Origin: an uncultured Thermoleophilia bacterium
Lineage (GTDB): Bacteria; Actinomycetota; Thermoleophilia; UBA2241
NCBI GenBank assembly: GCA_963715985.1
Contig: CAVQSP010000020.1
Coordinates: forward strand, 128,001 to 192,000
DNA length: 64,000 nt
Direction of reading: 5' to 3'
In this document: in pieces, positions 1 to 10,415 of the stretch
Position numbering within the stretch: position 1 is the stretch's first letter
Layout: every line of letters begins with the position of its first letter
Made by a program: the position numbers and the translations under genes
Notes under the pieces: model-generated
The model's database searches: none
Seen by the model: only the letters and a program-made list of their open reading frames with translations
Told to the model about the DNA's origin: nothing

Positions 1-253
1 CGTCCTTCGTGATCTCGTCCACGTTGGTGAGGTTGGCGTTGACGCCGTCCAGCGTCTCGCCGGCCTTCTGCATGAGCGGGATGCCGTTCTCATCCACGTC
101 CACGAGCACCTTGTCCAGGCGCTCCAGCGTCTTGGCCGCCTTGAACAGCACGTATGCCAAGGCGATGGCAACGAGCACGAAGAAGAACGCGGCGGAATAG
201 CGCAGCACGAGTGACGCTGTGCTCGTCGAAGCCGCCACGAGCGTGATATCCAT
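1..253 (-). CDS. DUF948/YoxC-like membrane-anchored protein (3' end runs off the window)
   Basis: Not in the ORF track. Manual translation from ATG at 253: MDITLVAASTSTASLVLRYSAAFFFVLVAIALAYVLFKAAKTLERLDKVLVDVDENGIPLMQKAGETLDGVNANLTNVDEITKD, a TM helix followed by coiled coil. SD GGAAGGA upstream. Confidence 0.75.
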   Translation of the reverse strand, partial: MDITLVAASTSTASLVLRYSAAFFFVLVAIALAYVLFKAAKTLERLDKVLVDVDENGIPLMQKAGETLDGVNANLTNVDEITKD

Positions 254-363
254 GCACGTCTCCTTCCGATGATGGTGAACCCCGCAAACGCGCGAAGCGT
301 ATCATACCGCGTTTCCGGTTCAGGCTCGCCGAAGCGCCCACCTCAGGGCAGCGGCGGCGCCGG

Positions 364-1414
364 TCAGGTGCCTGCTGCGACGACGCCACCACCCACCACG
401 ACGTCGTCGCGGTAGAAGACCGCCGACTGGCCCGGGGCGACGCCGTCGAAGCCGTACCTCAGACGCACGCCCAGGCGCCCGCCCGGCAGCTGCTCGAGCG
501 CCTCGACGGCCACGGCAGGCGAACGGTAGCGCAGTTGCACCTGCGACCCGGCGCCGTCCCCAAGCCCGCGGTCGACGACGTCACGGAGCACGAGGCGGCG
601 CCGCGTCAGGCGCGGCGCGCGGCCCGGCGACCACCTCGTTGCGAGCCGCGTCCACACGAAGCACGAACCAGGGGCCGCCGGCCGAGATGCCGAGACCCCG
701 GCGCTGCCCGACAGTGTACCTCCAGTGACCCAGGTGACGGCCGATGACCCGGCCACTCTCATCAACGATGTCCCCGGGCACGGCCGTCACGCCGCGAGCG
801 TCGAGAAAGCGCCGGTACCCGTCCACGGCGAAGCACACCTCCTGGCTCTCGGGCTCGGCCGCGGCGGCCAGTCCCGCCGCCTCCGCGGTCGCGCGCGTCT
901 GCGCCTTGGTGGAGCCGCCCAACGGGAACTCGAGCCGCGCGAGCACGTCCGGCGGCACCGCCCACAGCATGTACGACTGGTCCTTGGCGGGGTCGGCGCC
1001 GCGGGCCACGAACGGCTCGCCGTCGCGCCACACGAGGCGCGCGTAGTGGCCCGTGGCTACGCGCGCCAGGCCCAGCTCGTCGGCGAGGCCGACGAGTGCC
1101 GCCAGGCGCGACGGATTGCAGGCGACGCACGGATTGGGCGTCTCGCCGGCCAGGTAGGCGGAGATGAACGGCGCGACCACCTCGCGCTCGAACTCGGCCT
1201 CGCGGTCGAGCACGTGGTGCGGCACGCCGAACCACTCCGCCGTGCCGCGCGCACGCTGAAGGGCGCCGGGCGAGCAGCAGCTGCGCCGGTCGGTGCCCGG
1301 CCACAGGCGCACTGTGGCCGTCTCGACGGTGCGTCCCTGTTCTATGAGTTCCAGCAGCGCGACGGCGCTGTCCACACCCCCGCTCAGTGCGACGAGTGCT
1401 CGTGCTCTTTTGGG
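364..1414 (-). CDS. mnmA: tRNA 2-thiouridine(34) synthase MnmA; internal frameshift near 611; no standard start codon of its own (see findings)
   Basis: ORF 581..1720 carries ALSGGVDS, SCCS, TPNPCVACN, ATGHYAR, KDQSYML, ESQEVCF and YTVGQRRGLG. The C-terminus (QLRYR, GVAPGQSAVFY) is in ORF 364..765. Confidence 0.93.
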
Positions 1415-1815
1415 AGTGCCTTCAGGATCCGCGCCACATCGTCCTCGCGGCCGACCTTGACCAGGTAGTCCTGGATCGCCAGGTGCAGCGCGTCGGCGGC
1501 GAGGTTGGAGCAGTGCATCTTGTTCGGGGGCAGACCGCCCAGCGCCTCGGCCACGGCCTTGTTCGAGAGGTCGGCGGCCTCCTCCAGCGTCTTCCCCATG
1601 ACCATCTCGGTGACCATGCTGGAGGTGGCCACGGCGGCGCCGCAGCCGAAGGTCTTGAACTTGATGTCGGCGATGCGGTCGTCCGCCACGGCGATGCTGA
1701 TGCGCATCACGTCGCCGCACACGGGGTTGCCGATCTGCCCGACGCCGTCCGCGTCCTCGATCTCACCGACGTTGCGGGGGTTGCTGAAATGGTCCATGAC
1801 CAGGTCGGTGTACAT
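1384..1815 (-). CDS. iscU: Fe-S cluster scaffold IscU/NifU-N
   Basis: MYTDLVMDHFSNPRNVG, GNPVCGD, FKTFGCGAAVA and KMHCSNLA: all three conserved Cys present. Confidence 0.97.
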   Translation of the reverse strand: MYTDLVMDHFSNPRNVGEIEDADGVGQIGNPVCGDVMRISIAVADDRIADIKFKTFGCGAAVATSSMVTEMVMGKTLEEAADLSNKAVAEALGGLPPNKMHCSNLAADALHLAIQDYLVKVGREDDVARILKALPKEHEHSSH

Positions 1816-1818
1816 TCC

Positions 1819-2976
1819 TCAGCCTTTCACGTAGAGCGGGCTCATGTTGCGCAGCTTCTCGACGATGGATGGGAAGACCTCGAGGAAGGCGTCGGCCTCC
1901 TCGGGCGTGTTCTCGCGACCCAGGCTGAGGCGCATGCTGCCGTGCGCCTCTTCGGCTCCCAGGCCGAGCGCAAGGATGACGTGCGACGGTTCGAGCGAGC
2001 CCGAGGCGCAGGCCGAGCCGCTCGACACCATGAAGCCGTGGGCGTCCAGCTGCAGCAGCATGGACTCGCCCTCGATGTAGCGCACGGTGAACGACACGTT
2101 GCCGGGCAGCCTCATCGTGGGGTGGCCAAGATAGCGTACCTCAGGGATCGCCTCCATCACGCCCGCCGCGAGACGATCGCGGAGCGCCTCCACGCGCGGC
2201 CGTGTGACGTCCATCTCCCGCACGGCGAGCTCGAGCGCGGCGCCCAGACCGACGATGCCGGGCACGTTCTCCGTGCCGGAACGCAGCCGGCGCTCGTGGC
2301 CGCCACCGTGGAGCAGGGGAGCCAGGCGCGTGCCGCGCTTCACGTACAGCGCGCCGATGCCCTTGGGCCCGTACAGCTTGTGACCGGACAGGGTGAGCAT
2401 GTCCACGCCGAGCTCGCCGACGTCCACGGGCAGCGAGCCCACCGCCTGCACGGCGTCGGTGTGGAAGACGGCGCCGTGCTCGTGCGCGATGCGCGCCAGC
2501 TCAGCGACCGGCTGCAGCGTGCCGATCACGTTGTTGGCGAACATCACGGACGCCAGCCTCGTGTCGTCGCGGAAGGCGCGATCGTACGCCTCCACGTCGA
2601 CGACGCCGTCTCCGTCCACGGGCACGAAGTCCACAGCCCAGCCGAGCCGGTTCAGGGCGCGCGCCGCCTCCATCACCGCGGGGTGTTCCACGGCGCTGAT
2701 GATGAAGTGACCGGGCTCGAAGCGCTGCAGGTACCCGAACAGGGCGAGATTGTCGCCCTCGGTGCCGCCGGAGGTGAAGACGATCTCGCGCTCGCCGGCG
2801 CCGAGCGCCGCGGCGACGCGCACGCGCGCCTGCTCGACGGCGGCACGCGCCTCACGGCCCAGCCTGTGCAGTTCGGACGGGTTGCCGTAGCGCTCCACGA
2901 AGTACGGAAGCATCTCATCCAGGACCCTCGCGTCGACCGGAGTCGTGGCGGCATGGTCGAAGTACACGCTCGTCAT
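1819..2976 (-). CDS. iscS: Cysteine desulfurase IscS/NifS
   Basis: YFDHAATTP, FTSGGTE, HTDAVQ, SGHKLYGPKG and SSGSACAS. ATG at 2976 overlaps the Rrf2 stop (ATGA). Confidence 0.96.
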   Translation of the reverse strand: MTSVYFDHAATTPVDARVLDEMLPYFVERYGNPSELHRLGREARAAVEQARVRVAAALGAGEREIVFTSGGTEGDNLALFGYLQRFEPGHFIISAVEHPAVMEAARALNRLGWAVDFVPVDGDGVVDVEAYDRAFRDDTRLASVMFANNVIGTLQPVAELARIAHEHGAVFHTDAVQAVGSLPVDVGELGVDMLTLSGHKLYGPKGIGALYVKRGTRLAPLLHGGGHERRLRSGTENVPGIVGLGAALELAVREMDVTRPRVEALRDRLAAGVMEAIPEVRYLGHPTMRLPGNVSFTVRYIEGESMLLQLDAHGFMVSSGSACASGSLEPSHVILALGLGAEEAHGSMRLSLGRENTPEEADAFLEVFPSIVEKLRNMSPLYVKG

Positions 2977-3386
2977 CGCGGCACAGCCTCCCTTGTGAGG
3001 TCTTCCAGTGTGATGGAGTTGAGGGCGCCGGTGATGGCGCTGTCCAGCCGGCGCCACACCACGCGGGAGGCGCACGACTCGGCGCGCTCGCAGCCGCCGT
3101 CGTCGGGCACGCAGCCCACCAGCGTAAGGGGTCCTTCGAGAGCGGTCACCACATCTCCCACGGCGATGGCGCCGGGTTCGCGACCGAGCTGGTACCCTCC
3201 GCTCACTCCCCTCGTGGCCTTGACCAGGCCACTCTCGCGCAGGCGCGCGAGGATGCGCTCGAGGAAGGGCGCCGGGATGCCCTCGCCGGCGGCTATCTCA
3301 GGCAGCGGGACCGGGCGGTCATCGCCCCGCCCGGCCAGGTACACCATGGCCCGCAACCCGTATTCGCAGCGTGAGGAGATGCGCAC
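2973..3386 (-). CDS. iscR: Rrf2-family regulator, IscR-like with three Cys ligands
   Basis: VRISSRCEYGLRAM, LVKATRGVSGGYQL and GCVPDDGGCERAESC. First gene of the iscS-iscU operon. Confidence 0.85.
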   Translation of the reverse strand: MRISSRCEYGLRAMVYLAGRGDDRPVPLPEIAAGEGIPAPFLERILARLRESGLVKATRGVSGGYQLGREPGAIAVGDVVTALEGPLTLVGCVPDDGGCERAESCASRVVWRRLDSAITGALNSITLEDLTREAVPR

Positions 3387-3406
3387 TGCCCGTCCCCGTC
3401 GCAGAA

Positions 3407-3458
3407 ATCCCAACCGAACTGGTCGGCATTATCGTACCACGAGCACAAGGCGGGTCAA
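3407..3458 (-). promoter_or_regulatory. Sigma70-type promoter of iscR with a probable IscR/Rrf2 operator
   Basis: TTGACC (3458-3453), 16-nt spacer, TACGAT (3436-3431) preceded by TGG. It is followed by the imperfect palindrome ATGCCGAC-CAGTTCG-GTTGGGAT (3429-3407). Confidence 0.6.
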
Positions 3459-3502
3459 ACAGGCTGGTGAACGCAGAGAAGGAGGCGGTGGAGCGGCGCG
3501 GC

Positions 3503-4042
3503 TCAGAGACCGCGCGAGGCGTTGAAGATGACCTGCTCCATGACCTTGCGGCCGATCCAGCCCGTGTAGAGCTGTGCCACTTCACCCGTGCCGCGGATGA
3601 CGGCCAGAATGGGCGGGTTGTTGACACGCAGCTGGTCGAGGGTGTTGCCGAGCTCGGTGACCTTGCGTGCCTCGAAGTCCATGAACGACGTGTCCGCGGC
3701 GTACTGGGCCTTGACGGCGTTGAACGAGTCGAGCATCTCCATGTCGTCGGCAGCGCCGTCGACGTACACCAGCAGCACGATGCCGCGCTGCTCCTCGAGG
3801 CGGCTCTTGATGAAGTCCGGCAGCTCGGGGTCGTCCACGTTGAGCGTGAGCGGCGCGTAGCCGGTCATGCCGTAGCTGCTGACCGTGTTGTACGAGGCGG
3901 GAGCGGGTAGCGCGGCCGGGGCGGCCGGGTTGGAGGCGGCGAGGACTCGCACCGCGACCACGCCGCCGAACAGCGCGGCTCCGACCGCCACGATCAGCAC
4001 CGCGGTGAGCAGGAACGCCTTGTTCCTCTTCAGGATCCCCAT
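3503..4042 (-). CDS. Hypothetical membrane-anchored protein, possibly a Cys-less thioredoxin-like fold
   Basis: SD GGAGG then ATG at 4042. N-terminal TM helix, Pro/Ala linker, then LRVNNPPILAVIRGTGEVAQLYTGWIG, which resembles a Trx C-terminal motif. No CXXC. Confidence 0.6.
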   Translation of the reverse strand: MGILKRNKAFLLTAVLIVAVGAALFGGVVAVRVLAASNPAAPAALPAPASYNTVSSYGMTGYAPLTLNVDDPELPDFIKSRLEEQRGIVLLVYVDGAADDMEMLDSFNAVKAQYAADTSFMDFEARKVTELGNTLDQLRVNNPPILAVIRGTGEVAQLYTGWIGRKVMEQVIFNASRGL

Positions 4043-4057
4043 GCCCAGCCTCCGAAG

Positions 4058-4210
4058 AAAGGCTCCACCTTGCCGTGCTCGCTTTATTCTCGAACCTGCT
4101 CTCGCAGGTGGGTGCTCTCCCGGCACATCCACAGATGGTCCGAAGTGCGAGCTCCCGATGTGTTCGTGTTGGCTCGAGAATGCCACGAGGTCACGAACAA
4201 GGTCGAGCCG
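4058..4210 (-). ncRNA. ssrS: 6S RNA
   Basis: Closing stem GGCUCGACCUUGUUCGUG / CACGGCAAGGUGGAGCC; inner stem AUUCUCGAGCC / GGUUCGAGAAU; A/C-rich central bubble; segment GAGAGCACCCACCUGCGAGAGCAGGUUC resembles Bacillus 6S-1. Lies downstream of aspS with a TGcTAGGAT -10 at 4223-4215. Confidence 0.85.
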
Positions 4211-4372
4211 CGCCATCCTAGCAAACGTCCACTGTTTCAACAAACGTGTCGGCACCCCTGCGTAAAACTTGAGGGCGAACCGCTGCCGGAAGCGGCGACG
4301 GAGGTGGGAAGCGATGGGGGGTCAGGCCGTCGGCGGCCCTGAATGGGCCGCGGGGCGCGAGTGGGCCGCGGC

Positions 4373-6134
<1,762 letters not shown>

Positions 6135-6135
<1 letters not shown>

Positions 6136-7401
6136 CAGGCGTCCTTTCCCAGACGGGTGCGCACGAGCGCCGCCAAGCCGGCGGCGGGCACGTCCTCTTC
6201 CCCGCCGCCGTCCATGGCGCGCAGGCGGACGGTGTCGGAGCCGAGCTCCTCGAGGCCGCACAGCGCGGCGAATGCGGCGCCGCTGCGGCCGGCCTGCTTG
6301 AGCTGGCCCTTGGGGCTGCGCCCGGCCAGGTCCAGCTCGGCGGAGAGACCGGCGCCGCGCAGCTGCTGGGCGAGGCCGAAGGCGGCCGGCCGGGCCTCGT
6401 CGGTGAAGCTCACCACGAAGACGTCCGGGGCGCTCTGCGGCAGAGCCTGTTCGCGCATCGCCAGGGTGATGCGCTCGAGCCCGCTGCCCCAGCCCACGCC
6501 CGGCGTTGCCGCCCCGCCGATCATCTCGACGAGGCCGTCGTAGCGGCCGCCGCCGCCGACGCCGCTCTGGGCGCCGAGGCGGTCGGAGTTGAACTCGAAC
6601 GTGGTGCGTGTGTAGTAGTCCAGGCCACGCACCAGGCGGTAGTCGAGGCGGGGCTCGAGCCCGGCCGCCTGCACCAGCGCCAGCACGGTGTCGAAGTGCT
6701 CGCGGCAGTCCGCGCAGAGGTGGTCGCCGATGCGCGGGGCATCGTCCAGCACCGCGCGGCAGCTCGTCGACCTTGCAGTCGAACGTGCGCAGCGGGTTGA
6801 GCTCGACGCGCTCCAGACAGTCGCCGCACAGCTCGCCCTCGCGCCCGTGCAGGTACCCGCGCAGCTTCTCCACGTAGGCCGGCCGGCAGGCGGGATCGCC
6901 CATGCTGTTCATGTTGAGGGTGACGCCCTCCACGCCGAGCTCCGCGAAGATGGCGGCCAGCAGCGCGATGACCTCAGCGTCAACGGCGGGATCCGCCGAG
7001 CCGATGGCCTCCGCGCCGATCTGGTAGTGCTCCCTGTAGCGGCCGGCCTGCGGCTTCTCGTAGCGGAACATCGGGCAGTAGTACCAGACCTTGACCGGCT
7101 GCGGCCACTTGTGCAGGCCGTGCTCCACGTAGGCGCGGCAGATAGGCGCCGTGCCCTCCGGGCGCAGGGTCAGCGAGCGCTCGCCCTTGTCGACGAAGGT
7201 GTACATCTCCTTGCGGACGATGTCCGTGGCCTCGCCCACGCCGCGCTCGAAGAGACCCGTCTCCTCGAACTCGGGCGTGACCATGTGGCGGTAGCCGTAC
7301 GCGGCGAAGACGCGCGCCGCCGTGGCCACCACGGCGTCCCGACGGGCCGCCTCGTCCGGCAGCAGGTCGTACGTGCCCTTGGGGGCGCGCGGGCCGTTCA
7401 C
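6135..7401 (-). CDS. hisS: Histidine--tRNA ligase; frameshift near 6765
   Basis: PKGTYD, KEMYTF, LRPEGTA and FRYEKPQAGRYR, then LVRGLDYYTRTTFEF and GGGGRYDGL in ORF 6135..6752. Confidence 0.96.
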
Positions 7402-8048
7402 CAGCGGTGCTCGGGGTCGTAGCGCAGCGGCGAGAGGAACGGGTTGAGGGCGAGCTCGCGGCCGAGCGAGGTGTCCGGCCCGTGTCCGCAGTGCACGGTG
7501 GCGTCCGGCGGGAAGCGCCGCACCAGCGTGGCCACGGAGTTGAGCAGCTGGTCCATGTCGCCGCCGGGGAGGTCTGTGCGGCCCACACTGTTCTGGAAGA
7601 GCAGGTCGCCGACGAACAGCTGGTCCTGGCCGAGCGCGAACGTGTACGAGCCGCGAGAATGGCCGGGCGTGGGCACGGCGAGCACCTCGAAGGGCAGGTC
7701 CAGGGTCTGTTCGCCGTCCAGCGTGACGGCATCCTTGACGGGCTCGATGTCGAAGCCCGCCATGGAACCGAGGCGGTTGTCGGCCATCTCGCCGGCGTCG
7801 GCCGCGCCCACGTACACGGGGATGTCGAAGTGAGCGGCAACAGGAGCTACCCCGCCGAAGTGGTCGAAGTGGCCGTGCGTCACCAGCACCGCCGCCGGCG
7901 CGAAGCCGAACTCGGTGAACGCGTCGATGACGATGCGGGCCTCGTCGCCGGGGTCGATGACGAGGCCGGTCTGGTCGTTGACGACGATGAAGCAGTTGGC
8001 CTGCAGCGGCCCGAGCGGGAGTGCGAAGACGTCTACGGGGTCGGACAT
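7398..8048 (-). CDS. MBL-fold metallo-hydrolase (glyoxalase II-like)
   Basis: THGHFDH, PGHS, GDLLF, GRTDLPGG and GHG motifs. Usual position between rel and hisS. Confidence 0.93.
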   Translation of the reverse strand: MSDPVDVFALPLGPLQANCFIVVNDQTGLVIDPGDEARIVIDAFTEFGFAPAAVLVTHGHFDHFGGVAPVAAHFDIPVYVGAADAGEMADNRLGSMAGFDIEPVKDAVTLDGEQTLDLPFEVLAVPTPGHSRGSYTFALGQDQLFVGDLLFQNSVGRTDLPGGDMDQLLNSVATLVRRFPPDATVHCGHGPDTSLGRELALNPFLSPLRYDPEHRW

Positions 8049-8165
8049 GCTACCTCGGCTGGTCGGGGTCCGCGCGACAGGGTATCAGACCGCCGCCGAC
8101 AGGGTCGACCGTGGCGGCCCGCGCGGGGAGCGCGCGGCGGCGGCGCAGCCGGCCTGCCCGCGCCC

Positions 8166-10415
8166 TCAGGTGCCGACCACGCGGTAGGCGTCGTACACGG
8201 TATGGATGCTGCGGATGTTGGCGAGGATGTTGTCCAGCTGGCGCACGTCACCCACTTCGAGCGTGAAGCGGTCGCGGACCACGCCGTCGGGCAGCGTCTG
8301 TACAGCGCCGCCGACGATGTTGGCACCCGAGTCCGAGAGCGTGCGCGCGAGATCCTCCAGGAGGTGGTTGCGGTCCAGCGCTTCCACCATGATCTCCACG
8401 CGGAACGCCATGCCGCTGAGGCCGTGCCAATCGACGTTGGTGAAGCGCTCCGGGTTCTTCATGAGGGCGCGCGCGTTCTTGCAGTCGTCGCGGTGGATGG
8501 TGATGCCCTTGCCGAGCGAGATGTAGCCGACGATGTCGTCGCCGGGGATGGGCTTGCAGCACTTGGCCATGCGCACCATGATGTCGCTCATGCCCTCGAC
8601 GGCGATCCCGAACGCGCCCGAGAGGGCCTGCGGCTCGTCGGTGTCGTGCGCAGGCCTGGTGGGCAGCATGGCCGGGGGCGGCGTGGCCTCCTTCATGGTG
8701 CCCGACGCCTGCATGACCTTGTTGGCCACGGTCTTCACCGGCACGCGGCCGGAGCCGATCGCCAGGTAGAGGTCGTCGGGCTTGGCGAAGCCGATCTCCT
8801 TGCAGATCTGCGTGAACACCTTGGAGGCGAGGATCTTCTGCGCCGGCAGGCCCTCGCGGCGCAGCACCTCCTGGAGCAGGTCGCGGCCCGAGTGCTCGCT
8901 GTCCTCGCGCTGCTCACGGCGGAAGTGCTGGCGGATCTTCTGGCGCGCCCGCGGCGAGTGCACGATGTCCAGCCAATCGCGCGATGGACCGTGGCTGGAC
9001 TTGCTGGTGATGACCTCGATGATGTCGCCGCTGCTCAGCTCCGTGTGCAGCGGCACGATGCGGCCGTTGACCTTGGCACCCACCGTGTGATTGCCCACGT
9101 CCGTGTGCACGGCGTAGGCGAAGTCGATGGGCGTGCTGCCGGCGGCCAGGCTCTTGACGTCGCCCTTGGGCGTGAAGACGAAGACCTCGTCCTCGAAGAG
9201 GTCCACGCGCAGCGTGTCCATGAACTCGCGAGGGTCGCCGGTCTCTGACTGCCATTCCATCATCTGATGCAGCCAGGAGAGCTTGTCGGTGTCCCGCTCG
9301 CCGCGCTCCTTGTAGAGCCAGTGCGCGGCCACGCCGAACTCAGCCGTCTGGTGCATGTCGAAGGTGCGGATCTGGATCTCCAGCGGCTTGCCTCCCGGCC
9401 CGATGACCGTGGTGTGCAGCGACTGGTACATGTTGAACTTGGGCATCGCGATGTAGTCCTTGAAGCGCCCGGGGATGGGCTTCCACACCGAGTGGATGAT
9501 GCCGACCGCGCCGTAGCAGTCCTTGATGGAGTCGACCTGCACGCGCAGGCCGGTGAGGTCGAAGATCTCGTTGAACTCCTTGCCGCCCCTGCTCATCTTC
9601 GTGTAGATGGAGTAGAAGTGCTTGGCGCGGCCGCTGATGTCGGCCTCGATGCCGGCCTCCGTGAGAGCCGTGCGCAAGTACCCGGCCGCCTCGTCCACGT
9701 AGTCCTCACGGTCCGCACGTCGCTGCGCCACCCACTTCTGGATCTCCTGGTACTTGCGCGGGTGCAGGGTGGCGAACGAGAGGTCCTCGAGCTGCCACTT
9801 CATGTTGTGGATACCGAGGCGGTGAGCCAGCGGCGCGTAGACCTCGAGCGTCTCCTTGGCCTTCTGGATCTGCTTCTGCTTGCTGAGGTAGCACAAGGTG
9901 TGCATGTTGTGGAGGCGGTCGCAGAGCTTGATGAGGATGACGCGGATGTCCGTCGCCATGGCGATGATCATCTTGCGGTAGTTCTCGGCCTGCTCCTCCT
10001 CCTGGGAGGTGAAGTGCATCTTGGTGAGCTTGGTGACGCCGTCCACCAGCATGGCGATCTCGTCGCCGAACTCGTCGGCCACCCAGCCGAGCGAGGTGCC
10101 GGTGTCTTCGACCACGTCGTGCAGGAGCGCGGCCGCGATGGTGACGGAGTCGAGCTTGAGCTCCGCGGCGTTGAGAGCAGTCCCCACGGGGTGGTGGATG
10201 TAGGCCTCGCCGCTCTTGCGGCTCTGCTCGCCGTGCAGGATGCAGGCGGCGACGAATGCCCGCGTGATGAGGTCGCGGTCGGCGTCGTGGTTGTACCGCG
10301 CGATGGCCGCGAACAGGTCGTCGAGCAGCGGCCGGTACTTCTCCGGGACGTCGGTCAGATCGCTGCCGTGAGGCAGGTCTGAAGATAGCTGCTTGTCCGA
10401 AACAGGCTGTGCCAT
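8166..10415 (-). CDS. relA: Bifunctional (p)ppGpp synthetase/hydrolase Rel
   Basis: HD domain (LLHDVVEDT), synthetase (YQSLHTTV, EIQIRT), TGS (TPIDFAYAVHT), CC motif and ACT domain. Confidence 0.98.
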   Translation of the reverse strand: MAQPVSDKQLSSDLPHGSDLTDVPEKYRPLLDDLFAAIARYNHDADRDLITRAFVAACILHGEQSRKSGEAYIHHPVGTALNAAELKLDSVTIAAALLHDVVEDTGTSLGWVADEFGDEIAMLVDGVTKLTKMHFTSQEEEQAENYRKMIIAMATDIRVILIKLCDRLHNMHTLCYLSKQKQIQKAKETLEVYAPLAHRLGIHNMKWQLEDLSFATLHPRKYQEIQKWVAQRRADREDYVDEAAGYLRTALTEAGIEADISGRAKHFYSIYTKMSRGGKEFNEIFDLTGLRVQVDSIKDCYGAVGIIHSVWKPIPGRFKDYIAMPKFNMYQSLHTTVIGPGGKPLEIQIRTFDMHQTAEFGVAAHWLYKERGERDTDKLSWLHQMMEWQSETGDPREFMDTLRVDLFEDEVFVFTPKGDVKSLAAGSTPIDFAYAVHTDVGNHTVGAKVNGRIVPLHTELSSGDIIEVITSKSSHGPSRDWLDIVHSPRARQKIRQHFRREQREDSEHSGRDLLQEVLRREGLPAQKILASKVFTQICKEIGFAKPDDLYLAIGSGRVPVKTVANKVMQASGTMKEATPPPAMLPTRPAHDTDEPQALSGAFGIAVEGMSDIMVRMAKCCKPIPGDDIVGYISLGKGITIHRDDCKNARALMKNPERFTNVDWHGLSGMAFRVEIMVEALDRNHLLEDLARTLSDSGANIVGGAVQTLPDGVVRDRFTLEVGDVRQLDNILANIRSIHTVYDAYRVVGT

